A DNA stretch of 35,437 bases from Pelomyxa schiedti (taxonomy: Eukaryota; Protista; Evosea), in the NCBI GenBank assembly GCA_020536535.1, contig JAHLWZ010000972.1, positions 1 through 35,437 on the forward strand. The letters are read 5' to 3'. A model generated the notes under the pieces. The model ran no database searches, was not told where the DNA came from, and saw only the letters and a list, made by a program, of their open reading frames with translations. Positions 12,301-22,203 of this stretch are shown piece by piece (the stretch's first letter is position 1; the number at the start of each line of letters is the position of its first letter). The translations under genes were made by a program, and so were the position numbers.

Positions 12301-13002
12301 TGATGACGTCGCCGCTGTTGTAGTTAGTCGTTTCCCCCATACACTCCATCACCATAGAGTTGCTGAGTTCTACGAAGAGCAGCGGTTCCGCCACCTCTCT
12401 CTTGTAATTATAACATTGACGAGTGCTGCGGTAGTAGCAGGCAATATTCAATTTCCAATACGCCCGATCTAACCGTAAAAACAGGTATTATCACTGCGGC
12501 AACAGCGGTGGCGGCGCATAGAGGCTCTAGTTATCTCCTTCCTCTTACCATTGGATTGATCCTATGTATTCTGGTTTCTACGGCGTGGATACTTGTGTTC
12601 ACTTCAAGATTACAGATAACGGTGTGCGTCTACAAACCTTAACAAATGGACCAACCAATTTTCAGGTTAGAGATGATGAACTATACGTCCACTTCTTCCC
12701 GTTTTGCATGTGGGATAAAAGGGTTAGACTTTGTGATGTTACCTCCGCGAAACCAGTGAACTACGACCCCATAAGCGAGTATGTTCCCTATACTATAGTC
12801 TAGTGTAATTTTCCTCAACTTATATCACCGCACCAGATATGGAGGGTGGGGGATAAGCTACAGCCCCAGCCAGCACATGTGGGTATTTGCTATTTGTGGA
12901 ACACACGCCGTTGAAATAGCTACCAAGTCGGGCGTTCATTTCATGGTCGGCACAACTACTCCACATGAGCTGGTAACTGCGGTGCTAGGTAACAACAAAT
13001 AA
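6328..13002 (+). CDS. Myotubularin-family phosphoinositide 3-phosphatase (N-terminal extension, PH-GRAM, PTP domain), possibly extended to a C-terminal DUF6141-like membrane domain
   Basis: Spliced motifs: GNLFITNF (GRAM), [60 protein letters not shown], active site VLTHC|[10 protein letters not shown] (10410-10500, split by an intron), [43 protein letters not shown]. The core domain (about 8910-11220) is solid. The gene may instead end at TGA 11300, and the N-terminal exon structure is less certain. Confidence 0.85.
11551..11715 (+). repeat. Coding microsatellites (CAA)n, (CAACCG)n, ACx and GGT runs encoding poly-Q, QP, poly-T and poly-G
   Basis: Visible directly in ORF 11399..12472: [35 protein letters not shown]. 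Confidence 0.9.
12286..13002 (+). CDS. DUF6141-like two-transmembrane domain (C-terminus of the myotubularin or of a separate gene starting at 11402)
   Basis: Introns 12441-12484 (GC-AG), 12622-12665 and 12779-12836 give [11 protein letters not shown]1-TM2[19 protein letters not shown]...[16 protein letters not shown]...[30 protein letters not shown]. The EQRF / FFPF / EYGGWG / GTxxPxEL pattern is recalled from the prokaryotic DUF6141 family. Confidence 0.65.
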
Positions 13003-13149
13003 TAGGCACCCCATTCACCAATCACCAAACTACACGCTACCTTGTAATTATCTTCCATGATTTTTTTTAAAGAAAGACGCAACACTGTTTTGTTTTATTG
13101 TGCCAATCACAGCTAAGTGGAAAAGTGTGACAATAAAACTGAGGTATGA

Positions 13150-13362
13150 TCACTCGTTGTGGCGATGACCACTTGGTGCACTGTTGGTGTCCTCCCCGCT
13201 TGTGTTGGTTGTTGGCTCAAGGTGTGGTGTTTCTGTCGGGTGGTTTGTGGCCGGAGTACGCGACGTATCGCGTGTAGCAATCCACTCAACCAGACACACA
13301 ATGGCGGCCCCAATGGCTCCCAACAACAGCGCCAGCATCACCCCTTGAAAGTTGCTCAGCAT
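13150..13362 (-). CDS. Possible small single-pass membrane protein (70 aa)
   Basis: MLSNFQGVMLALLLGAIGAAIVCLVEWIA followed by a polar T/P/H tail. It fits the gap between neighbouring genes and diverges from the ATG at 13440. No homology recognised. Confidence 0.35.
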   Translation of the reverse strand: MLSNFQGVMLALLLGAIGAAIVCLVEWIATRDTSRTPATNHPTETPHLEPTTNTSGEDTNSAPSGHRHNE

Positions 13363-13439
13363 CTTAGGTACAAAATGATGGCTTCCAAAAAAGAACACTG
13401 CGACTTTTGGGGCACATCCCTGATCTATCCTCGCCGACC

Positions 13440-15338
13440 ATGAACAAACGACCTGATGCCACCGAGAAAGCACTGGCCAATCGGGCTCAAACTCTTTTCA
13501 AGGACGGAAACGCACAAGACCTGGTGTCTCTGCTGCACACTGGCGAGTTCCAACGGGTCCTCTCCGTGCGTCCATCCATACCATACTGGCTATGCGTGTC
13601 AACGACCGAAGAGTGTCGGCACCGTGTTAGTCACTCCACGGCTACACCCACCAGCTACACAACAGCGGGCTGGCCGAACACCCAGCCGGGAACTAGGCGC
13701 CCTGCCATCGACCCTGAGGACGTCATGGAAAGGGAGGCACAGGACTGCGGGTGGTCGCGATGTCTGGAGGCTCTGCTGCCCATGGTTGCAATGAAACGCA
13801 AGTTGGTTGTGAGGCTTCTTGAAAAGGCAACGAAAGGTGACGTGTGGTGTAGCCGGTGCGTGGGCGCCATTGCGTCTAGGGCTCGTTGCGAGGGGGAAGA
13901 TGATTTGTGTGGTGCAGTGGAAGAAATTCCACTGGACAACCAGTCTATGACTGACCAGCTGTGTGAGGTGGCTGTAGAGATGGAGATGGAGATTAATGCT
14001 GTGAAGAATCGGCGTAACGGAGATCCTTATGAAGAAGCGGTGAAGAAAAACATGGAGCGGTGCCTGCTGGAAACCATGGGATGCCTGAAGAAACTCTCGG
14101 AGCCACTTCCATGCAAATCAATGAAGACTCTTCTATCCCTTGGTGGGCTGTGGTGCTGCCGCCGGATGTTCGAAATGAATGGCGGACGATTGCATTGCCA
14201 CCGTGGCGAGGATTTTTGCTGCACTGATTTAGACTTTGCTGTTGCGGCGGCTTCCAGTTGCAATGGCGGAGTTCTACATTGGGTGCTGGATTGTTCTGGT
14301 ACGGATCTGCTTTCGTTGGATCACGGCGGCCGAGTGATAGAAGCTGCTTTTAAGTCCGGATCTGACGAATCCCTTCAAACTGCACTGGAAAGAGGCCATT
14401 CACTGGCCACCGTAGGTGCCAAAGCCGGGATCCGCCACGCATTAACTGGCGCGTTATTACCAATTGATGCCGTACAACGATTAGTTCACATTTTGGTCTC
14501 AGTGGGTAAGTTCAACGTGTTATCTCCAACACTACGGAACGGAAAGAACGAACCAGTTTCTGCATTGAAGTATGTGCTCTCTCAGGTGAACTACGCAGAG
14601 CTTGTCAAAACCGTGCTGACTTACGCACCCTCCGTCACTGCTGAGTTCATTGTACTAGCCCTGAAGAATGTGCAGTCCCCCATGCCTATCTTAGAGATGA
14701 TGATGGAGAAGCCCGGAGCACAAATAACAGCCGAAGCGATGATTGCCTGCGTTAGTCATTCCTCACATAACGTGCTCCACTACCTGATTTCTAAAGGGGG
14801 AAATGTGAACGAACCCTTCTGCTTCACCGACGGGGGAGTTCTGAAAAAGCAGTACCCACTTAAGAGGGCAATGGAGACAACAAACCATTATCGTTCCATT
14901 GAATTACTACAAGCTGGTGCCAATTTTTCTTTAGATTGGAAACCAGACTTTCTAGCTCTAACAAAGACATACCATCCAAGAACTGCAGCAGTGTGGTCTA
15001 CCCTGCTTAAAATGCACCCCTGCCTGGTGACTGCACCATCTGATCCACAGGCAAAATCCATTCTTTTTCTGACCGCCAAACGTGGGAGAGAAGATCTCGT
15101 TCCAGCCATACTTAGAGCCGGACTCCAACCAAGAAAAGAGGTGCAAAAGGCTCTAGATGTCGTACTCCTTAAGTGTAACGTGGGCCTGCACATATTTGAC
15201 GACTCTACCGACCTTGTTCCCTGTTGCCATGCCAGTCTCGCCCAGATGTTGGTCTATGCAGGAGGAGTTCTGCCTCTGGATGCGCCACTCCGGGCAGATT
15301 TTATGAAAGACTTCCTTAAGGTAGACCTGGTATTCTAA
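13440..15338 (+). CDS. Degenerate ankyrin-repeat protein, 632 aa, intronless; paralog of 4097..6091
   Basis: Uninterrupted ORF (first ATG 13440). Ankyrin-like units VLHYLISKGGNVN and YPLKRAMETTNHYRSIELLQAGANF. Shares ordered motifs with 4097..6091. Confidence 0.8.
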   Translation: MNKRPDATEKALANRAQTLFKDGNAQDLVSLLHTGEFQRVLSVRPSIPYWLCVSTTEECRHRVSHSTATPTSYTTAGWPNTQPGTRRPAIDPEDVMEREAQDCGWSRCLEALLPMVAMKRKLVVRLLEKATKGDVWCSRCVGAIASRARCEGEDDLCGAVEEIPLDNQSMTDQLCEVAVEMEMEINAVKNRRNGDPYEEAVKKNMERCLLETMGCLKKLSEPLPCKSMKTLLSLGGLWCCRRMFEMNGGRLHCHRGEDFCCTDLDFAVAAASSCNGGVLHWVLDCSGTDLLSLDHGGRVIEAAFKSGSDESLQTALERGHSLATVGAKAGIRHALTGALLPIDAVQRLVHILVSVGKFNVLSPTLRNGKNEPVSALKYVLSQVNYAELVKTVLTYAPSVTAEFIVLALKNVQSPMPILEMMMEKPGAQITAEAMIACVSHSSHNVLHYLISKGGNVNEPFCFTDGGVLKKQYPLKRAMETTNHYRSIELLQAGANFSLDWKPDFLALTKTYHPRTAAVWSTLLKMHPCLVTAPSDPQAKSILFLTAKRGREDLVPAILRAGLQPRKEVQKALDVVLLKCNVGLHIFDDSTDLVPCCHASLAQMLVYAGGVLPLDAPLRADFMKDFLKVDLVF

Positions 15339-15457
15339 CTGTCTCTAATCAATGGAACAGGGCCTTCTCTGGTATCAAACGGCAGTGATCCTTCTATTTT
15401 TATGTCATTCTCGTTGCGGTGCAACTTCCATCTGGTATGGGCTACCAGATCATTTGG

Positions 15458-18161
15458 CTATGGAAATTGCATACTATCTAAAACCGTAGTAAATCATTCT
15501 TTTTTTTTTTAGAAACCTGTGCCAGTCATTCCCGATAGAAGGCGCTGTAAACAGGACTGTATGAGCAATGGTGTGCAGATGGGGCTTGCTTGGCTGAATA
15601 GAAGCTGTGCGCAACCGGCGAGTAGAACATCCAGAGTCTCAAACCCAGGCCTCTCGGATTCTGTTGTGCACTTAAGAAGGCATTGTGAACAAGACTGTTT
15701 ACCGGGAAGTGACAAACAGGAAGTAACGGTGGCCAAGATGTGAAGTAATGCAGGAGGAGAAAGTGGTGGTGAGGGAAGTCCCCCTATACCGGCTAGGCAT
15801 TTTTCTCTTCGACCGAGGCACTCGGCAAGTGCCACTGCAGTCATCTGCAAGGAGAGGAGCCTATCCACTTCTATTCTTTATTAGATTGGGATATGGTTGG
15901 TTAAATATTTTGAAAGTTACCTTCCATTGCCGTACTGTTGAGGTTAATTTTCAATTCCTGCAGTAGCAAAGAACTTTTCCGCCGGTTTGGCGTGTTTGTC
16001 TCCGCTTGAGGAATTTCCTGGAGTAACATTTCGCTCATCAGAATTCCAAATTCCCAGACATCACCTATGAATGAGTACTTAAAATGGAATCCTGTTACCT
16101 TTGAGTGAATAGTCATTAGTATGCATCTGTGGAGGGAGGTAAAGAGCAGTCCCAGGGCCGATGGTGTTTTCCAGTTGAGTGTCAACACCATATTTCGATA
16201 CACCTCATAGAGTCGATTAGTTACAGAACAGAAAATAGAAGGAAAAACCAAAGTCACAGATTTTTGGTGTCCCTGCTGCATCAAAAAGCACATTATTACT
16301 GCTCAAATCGCGATGCATTACGTTTTGTCTTAAAAAAAAAGTTACTCCTGGTGCGAATTTAGCTGAAATTATACTTGTGGGCGGCAGCCATCCCTTTGGC
16401 AATACCTATTGAGATTGCGATAACTTCGTGTGGGTTTAATTTTCTGTGCTTTTCAATGTTAATCCAGATGAGATAATTAGAAACGTACAGAAAGAAGTTG
16501 TCGAAGACTGCAGCACATCAATTCGGAGACTATTTTGAGGGTTGCGTCTCTAGGTCCGCAAACACCAAGGCACTGGACAATGTTAGGGTGCTTCATCATT
16601 GCTACAATCTGTACGAAGTTATCAAGAGATTTCGAAAGGACTCTTTACCTCAGCCTCCCTCAAAAACTGTTGGTTATTGTGTTGACTTCGAATTTCCTCG
16701 TGCATCTTTTTCACGGCAACTGGTGTCCCTGTTGGAAGGAATACACACTTGGAGACAGAGCCATATGACCCATCACCTATTTTAGACAGAACCTTGAGAT
16801 CACTTTCATCTACTACCAGAAAAGTTCTGGCTTTTGAGGCTTGCAGTGATATTGCTTCCACTCCTTCAAAGAGAGTTAAATGCCACGGGAAAAAAACGGG
16901 GCGAGTACTGTTATTCAGGAATGTAATTTGATTTTTAATCTCCGGGATAACTGGAACTGGTTAACAAAGCTTATAACCTTTGTTAGTCCAAACCGGATTC
17001 ACAAAGCTCAGCATATCTCTGCTGTTTGGCCAAACCCAAATGAACTTTCAGCCTAGATACCCAGGAATCGGGTACAACAGCACCTTCCTTTATTAAACAA
17101 CGCGCTATTTCAAAGTCATTGTTATATAGTGCAATGACGAGAGGTGTCTCTCCTGAGTTCGGAATCGCTTGGTCCACATCAATGTCGGGTGATTGAAGTA
17201 AAATTTCCACAATAAACTTTCTAGATAACTGGCATGCTATAAATAGAGCAGATTTCCCTTCACTGTTGCGTAAATTTATGTCTAAACCAACTTTCGGTGA
17301 ATTCAGCAAGAGGTGAACAACGAAGTCGTGTCCGTTATAGCAAGCCAGGTGCAATGGGGGATTTTCAAGTGGCTGGTTCACAAGAATGTTGGGACTTTCT
17401 AGCAGAACGCGGACTATCTGCTCTTGTCCATGCAGGCACGCAGTGCACAAAGGTGTTCTCCCCTCCTTTGTTGCCTTGTTCGCGTCAACATCCGGGTTCC
17501 TTAAAAGGAGTGAAGCCACTTGCAGATAGCCGCCGCTACAAGCAGCATATAGTGGAGTCCAGCCTTTATCAGGCTCAACCATATTCACATCAAGCGCGGC
17601 ACTAGCTAGAAGAAGGGCAACTATTTGCTCCCGGCCAGACGCGCACGCAACATGAAGAATAGACGTGCCAGTAGATGTGCGAATGGCTCTTACGTCTATT
17701 CTTGGATGTGACATCAGTGCCGACACGACTTTATCGTGGCCCATCTGACATGCCATGACCAAGGAGTACTCGCAATCGCACAGGGAAATGGATGGCGCCG
17801 AGATGAGGGCGCGAACCACTCTGTGGTGCCCCAGGCTACTGGCCTTTTGTACAGCCGACACACTCCCCTCTGGCCGCAGGTTGACGTCGGCACCCTCTCC
17901 CATAAGGTACTTTACCAAGCTCAGGTTGTCACCGCCGCAAGCGATGTGCAGCGCCGTTTCGCCCTCCTCGTTAAGCGGCACGTTAACGGCATCTAGGCAG
18001 GAACCGCCCGTCACGTGGGTACTGTTGCGCCTGTGGAGGAGTCTGTGTGGCTTGCCGCTTGTAGTAGCAGTATGAGCAAATAGCCATGACCTCACCGTGT
18101 CAACGTCGCCCTCCTCGCACGCCTCTACGACTCTCTTGCGTGAGTCTTCCTCACTGTCCAT
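15458..18161 (-). CDS. Ankyrin-repeat plus tyrosine-kinase-like (TKL) protein kinase
   Basis: The first exon carries about 9 canonical ankyrin repeats (GETALHIAC, GWTPLYAAC, GRTPLCTAC, GETPLVIA). It splices in frame to IGDGSYGSV, VAVKKM, FLREAE, HPNIV, HRDLSSNNVL, KICDFG, GTALYLPPQ, DVWEFGIL and ERP. The last exon ends DSMQFP*. Confidence 0.9.
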
Positions 18162-18263
18162 AGATAAAAGGCATTAGATTTCAGAAGCAAACGCTTTGAT
18201 CGTTGTCTACGGAGCTGAGTCAGACTGAGCAGCAGCAAAGAAAAACAAAAATTCCAAGAAAGA
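18162..18263. promoter_or_regulatory. Putative bidirectional promoter between divergent ANK-kinase and sirtuin genes
   Basis: Only 102 nt separate two divergent start codons (18161 on minus, 18264 on plus). Positional inference only. Confidence 0.35.
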
Positions 18264-19856
18264 ATGGGTAACGTCTCGGGTCAGTACAACGCAGTTGTTT
18301 ATTCCAAATCTAACTAGCAACAGAGATATTAAACAACAGTGAAGGTGGCACTGCCCCTGCTGAAACAACTCCAGAGCCTCTGGAGTTAGCCAATGGATTT
18401 CTGGTTTGTTTCTGTCTTTTGGTTCCTCACAAAGTGTCAGTGCGATGCGTCGTGGGAGTTGCCTCAGATGGTGACCAAGTCTACCGTGGCAAATCGTGCC
18501 GACCAAGGAAACATGACAATGGTAATGATTGTACAATAAAACTTACTTATGGTCTCTAGGCAAACGAGTTTATGGATACAGAGGAGGTTTTGAGAGAAAA
18601 AATGAAAATTGTGGCCTCCCTTATTGAAAAAAGTAGAATGACAGTGGCTTATACCGGCGCCGGTTTGAGTAAAGCAAGGTAACAATCTTTTAACTTTTAT
18701 TCTTCGTCACAGCAACGTAGTGGAATTCCTGACTATGCAACAAAAGGTTCAACCGTGGTTCAGGTTAGGCTAGAACTGTTAGGAAAAGATTAAATCTTTG
18801 GCAGTCCCAAACAATTCGAAGTCCCTGGGAAGCACAGCCGACCTACACACACCTCGCGTTAACAGCCTTAGAGCACGCCGGGAAGTTGCATCACTATGTT
18901 CAACAGAATCAGTATGTTGAAATCTCAATCCTACCAAATGACAATTGATAGTGACGGGCTTCCCCAAAAAGCAGGATTCCCTCAGACAAAAATTAATGAA
19001 ATACATGGGTACTGGATCATAATTTTCAAACCCCTAACCAATTTCAGGGCGTGGTATGATCCAAGTAATCCAGTTGTGCAATTTGATGGCAAGCTCAGAA
19101 CCGACCTGTACAACTGGATGAAAGAAGTCGAGGACCAAGTGGATTTGTGCCTTTGCCTGGGCACCTCGCTTTCGGTGTGTTTCGGTTTTGTATTGGCTAA
19201 AGGTTTCCAATTAATCCCAACCAGGGCATGAATGCCGATCGCATCGCAGACAAACCAGCTCGTAGGTCACTGAGAGAAAAACCCTCGGCGCTTGGTACTG
19301 TCATTATTAACCTGCAGCAGACACAACTTGACAACAAGTGTTGTGTGCGTGTTTGGTCTAGACTGGACGATGCATTTAGAATTCTCATGGATATTCTGCA
19401 CGTGGAAATTCCGGTTGCTCCCACGCCGCCCATGGGCGACCTCGACGTTTTTGAAGTATCATCCCCATATCTCACTGTTGTTATCACAACTCCCTTCAGA
19501 TACCCTACGACTCCACTGGGCAACATAGCACAACACGAACACAACTGGACCTCAGCAATCGCGCCAGGATCAAGATCGTGCACCCACAGGCACCCAACCA
19601 CGGAAAGTGCGGGTCCATCGAGTTCAAGGACCCGCAGGGCAACTACGTCATACAGCTGGACGAGGTGTCCCGCACATGCCGGCTTGGCTGGTGGTGGGTG
19701 ATGGGTGCCATGCTGGGTGATTTTGAGCAGCTTCCACTCGTCAACGAAGTACCTGTTGAAGTAACCACCACCGCCGCCACTGTCACTGCCGCTGACCCTG
19801 ACACTGATCATGCTGTAGATACCACGATACCTCCCCCTTGTTCCTCCAGCAGTTGA
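18264..19856 (+). CDS. Sirtuin (SIR2 family, SIRT6/7-like class) NAD-dependent deacylase lacking the zinc-binding module
   Basis: Spliced motifs: VAYTGAGLSKASGIPDY, QPTYTH, YVQQNHDGL, INEIHG, DLCLCLGTSLSG, VIINLQQT. The inferred N-terminus is MGNVSEILNN with a 16-nt first coding exon. Confidence 0.9.
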
Positions 19857-19890
19857 AATTTTATTTCCCCAATTCTTGTGATTTACGGTA

Positions 19891-21992
19891 ATGATGGGGT
19901 ACATGACTGCCGCTGCGCGGTTGATCGTGGTGGCGGCGGTGTTGCTCGTCGTTGTGAACGGGTGTGCCATAATTCTACTCTCAGTGCTTGGTTTTGACTG
20001 TTGTCAGAGTACAAGCAAAGTCGTCAACGGACTGGAAAAAGAGGATAGTGTATCGGATAGTAACGGACAGGTTCGTCTCTTTATATGTAGATTTTTTTTT
20101 ACTTTAGCAGGTTCGGCTCTGGGGGAAATCCGATGGACTGCGATCCATCACAAGAAAGGTATTGTGGAGGGACTTGGGCCGGAATACAAAAACGTCTTGG
20201 ATATATACAATCTATGGGCTTCGACGCAATTTGGATAAGCTCGGTTACTTCCAATACAAAGAATGGGTATCATGGCTATTGGCCCCTGGTGAGCCTACTT
20301 GTACGGACAACTCTCCCTTATTCATTTGTAGGACTATACACAAGTAAACACCAACTTCGGCACTGCGACGGATCTCCTGAACCTCATGGCTGTATATCCT
20401 ACTCCCTTTTTCTCAATACCAAAACATTTTATTAGGCTTGCCATGCAAAAGATATTTTGGTAATGGTGGATTTCATTCCCAATAACGTGGGTATGGTTTT
20501 TTACCAAGTTGGATGTTATTGTAATATTGTAGGCCCCGTCAATTACAGTTTTACGTCCGTCGTTCCATTTAATGACCCTTCACACTACCATTCTTGTGAT
20601 TCATGCCCCACTGTACAGTTCTTTTCAGGCATTATCTAAAAGTTATTTACTCTTGGATAGGGATGTGCTGTAGGCAATTGGTTAGATCAAACACAAGTAG
20701 AAACAGCTTACCATACATGTTTAACCTTCAAATGAAGCTTGAAAATTGTAGACTCGGTGGTCTTCCAGACTTGAATCAAACGAATCCATATGTATTAGAT
20801 CAGACGAAATCTTTGATAGGTTCTCTCACCAAAACTTATGAAATTGATGGTGTTGGCCTTGCCAACTTCAATAGCGTTAGTCCCCAAGTTTATAAGTCCA
20901 CTTCAAGAGTGTAATGGTATTTTTAGGTACCGTTAACATACTGGGATGACATTATTGAAGCCTCAACAACATATTGCCTCAGTGATGTTAACAGTACCAA
21001 CGTACTTCTACAGCCTCTTCATATGGAATACAATTCATCTAAAAAAGATAACTTATGCTGTTCAATACCAAAACGGAGGAACTTTGAAAGTGAATGGAGT
21101 GTTGAATCACGTTCTATACCAAGCATTGTTGGTTCATGACCGTAGTTTTTATGTTTCTCATATGGTTATTCAGAACTCTTTTGTATATAAAAAGTCCTTT
21201 AGTTATATGAACACATATGCCTCCGCCCTTTATTGGTCTGATAAGACTATTGAAGGGAATTTCATTGATAACATTGACTTTCCACGGTAAAACCTGACCA
21301 TGTCCCTTGTTATTGTTCATTTCCCAATACCAGGTTTTTATCAATCGATCCAGATGTAGAAATTCTGAAGAACATTCTGGCGTATTTGTATTTAGCCAGT
21401 GGAATTCCCGTTATATATTACGGCACTGTAAGTCATTTTGCACTCGCTTAGAATTAAGTTTCAACAGGAGCAAGGGTTCAGTGGTGGAGCACCTCCAATG
21501 AACCAAGAACCCCTTTGGACCTCTGATTATAACACAACCGATTTAATGAACTGGATGTACAAATTAAGTGTTGTCAGAAAACAAGTTCAGGTATACACCA
21601 CTTCTAAGATGAGGATTGGAAAACGCCTGTAATTTCAGGTTTTTGGGCACTCATGCGTTCAACAATCATATTCCACCAATTATTACACATGGATATGTAA
21701 TGCACTTTTCGTGGTTGTCACAAATTTGTACGTGGGTCCTTTCACTCTTTTTTCTGATTGGAAACAAAGAGGTTCCAACTCAGGAACAGTCACATACAGT
21801 ATCAACTCTCCTTTCACGGTAAGACCCTGCAATCCAAATTGGTGCCCTTATTCATTTGTTGTAAAGAATGGAAAAGTCATCTGCAATGTACTTTCAGAGA
21901 CCCCTGATTGTCAACAGGTCACCCAAAGCAAAGTTGTAGTAAGTTTTGTCAACGGAAGATGCAAAGCCTTCCTGGCAACTGTATCTTCGTAA
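19891..21992 (+). CDS. Secreted GH13 alpha-amylase-like protein (Taka-amylase type), catalytic residues substituted
   Basis: Hydrophobic signal peptide, then WKKRIVYRIVTDRF, YCGGTWAGI, YIQSMGFDAIWIS, YHGYW, NFGT, GLPDLNQ, GIPVIYYGTEQGFSGG and EPLW across about 14 short introns. Confidence 0.88.
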
Positions 21993-22203
21993 AGAATTTA
22001 GAATGGTTCGTTCTAATTTTTTTCTATTTTGCAATTCGAGCAGTTGCACACCGGGAATCAATTATCCAATAAGCCAAAAACAAAGGGAAAGGCTTAAAAA
22101 AAAAGGCAACACGTACCGAGGTGCCGCAACACCGCTTGTCTGGTTTGTTAACGCCGGCACCTACCCGATCTAGATCGCAAACGTTAATGGTAATAGGTAA
22201 ACT

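Noticed and set aside
19197-19970. 257-aa minus-strand ORF
   Set aside because: It overlaps the sirtuin 3' exons and the amylase start on the opposite strand and has no recognisable motif.
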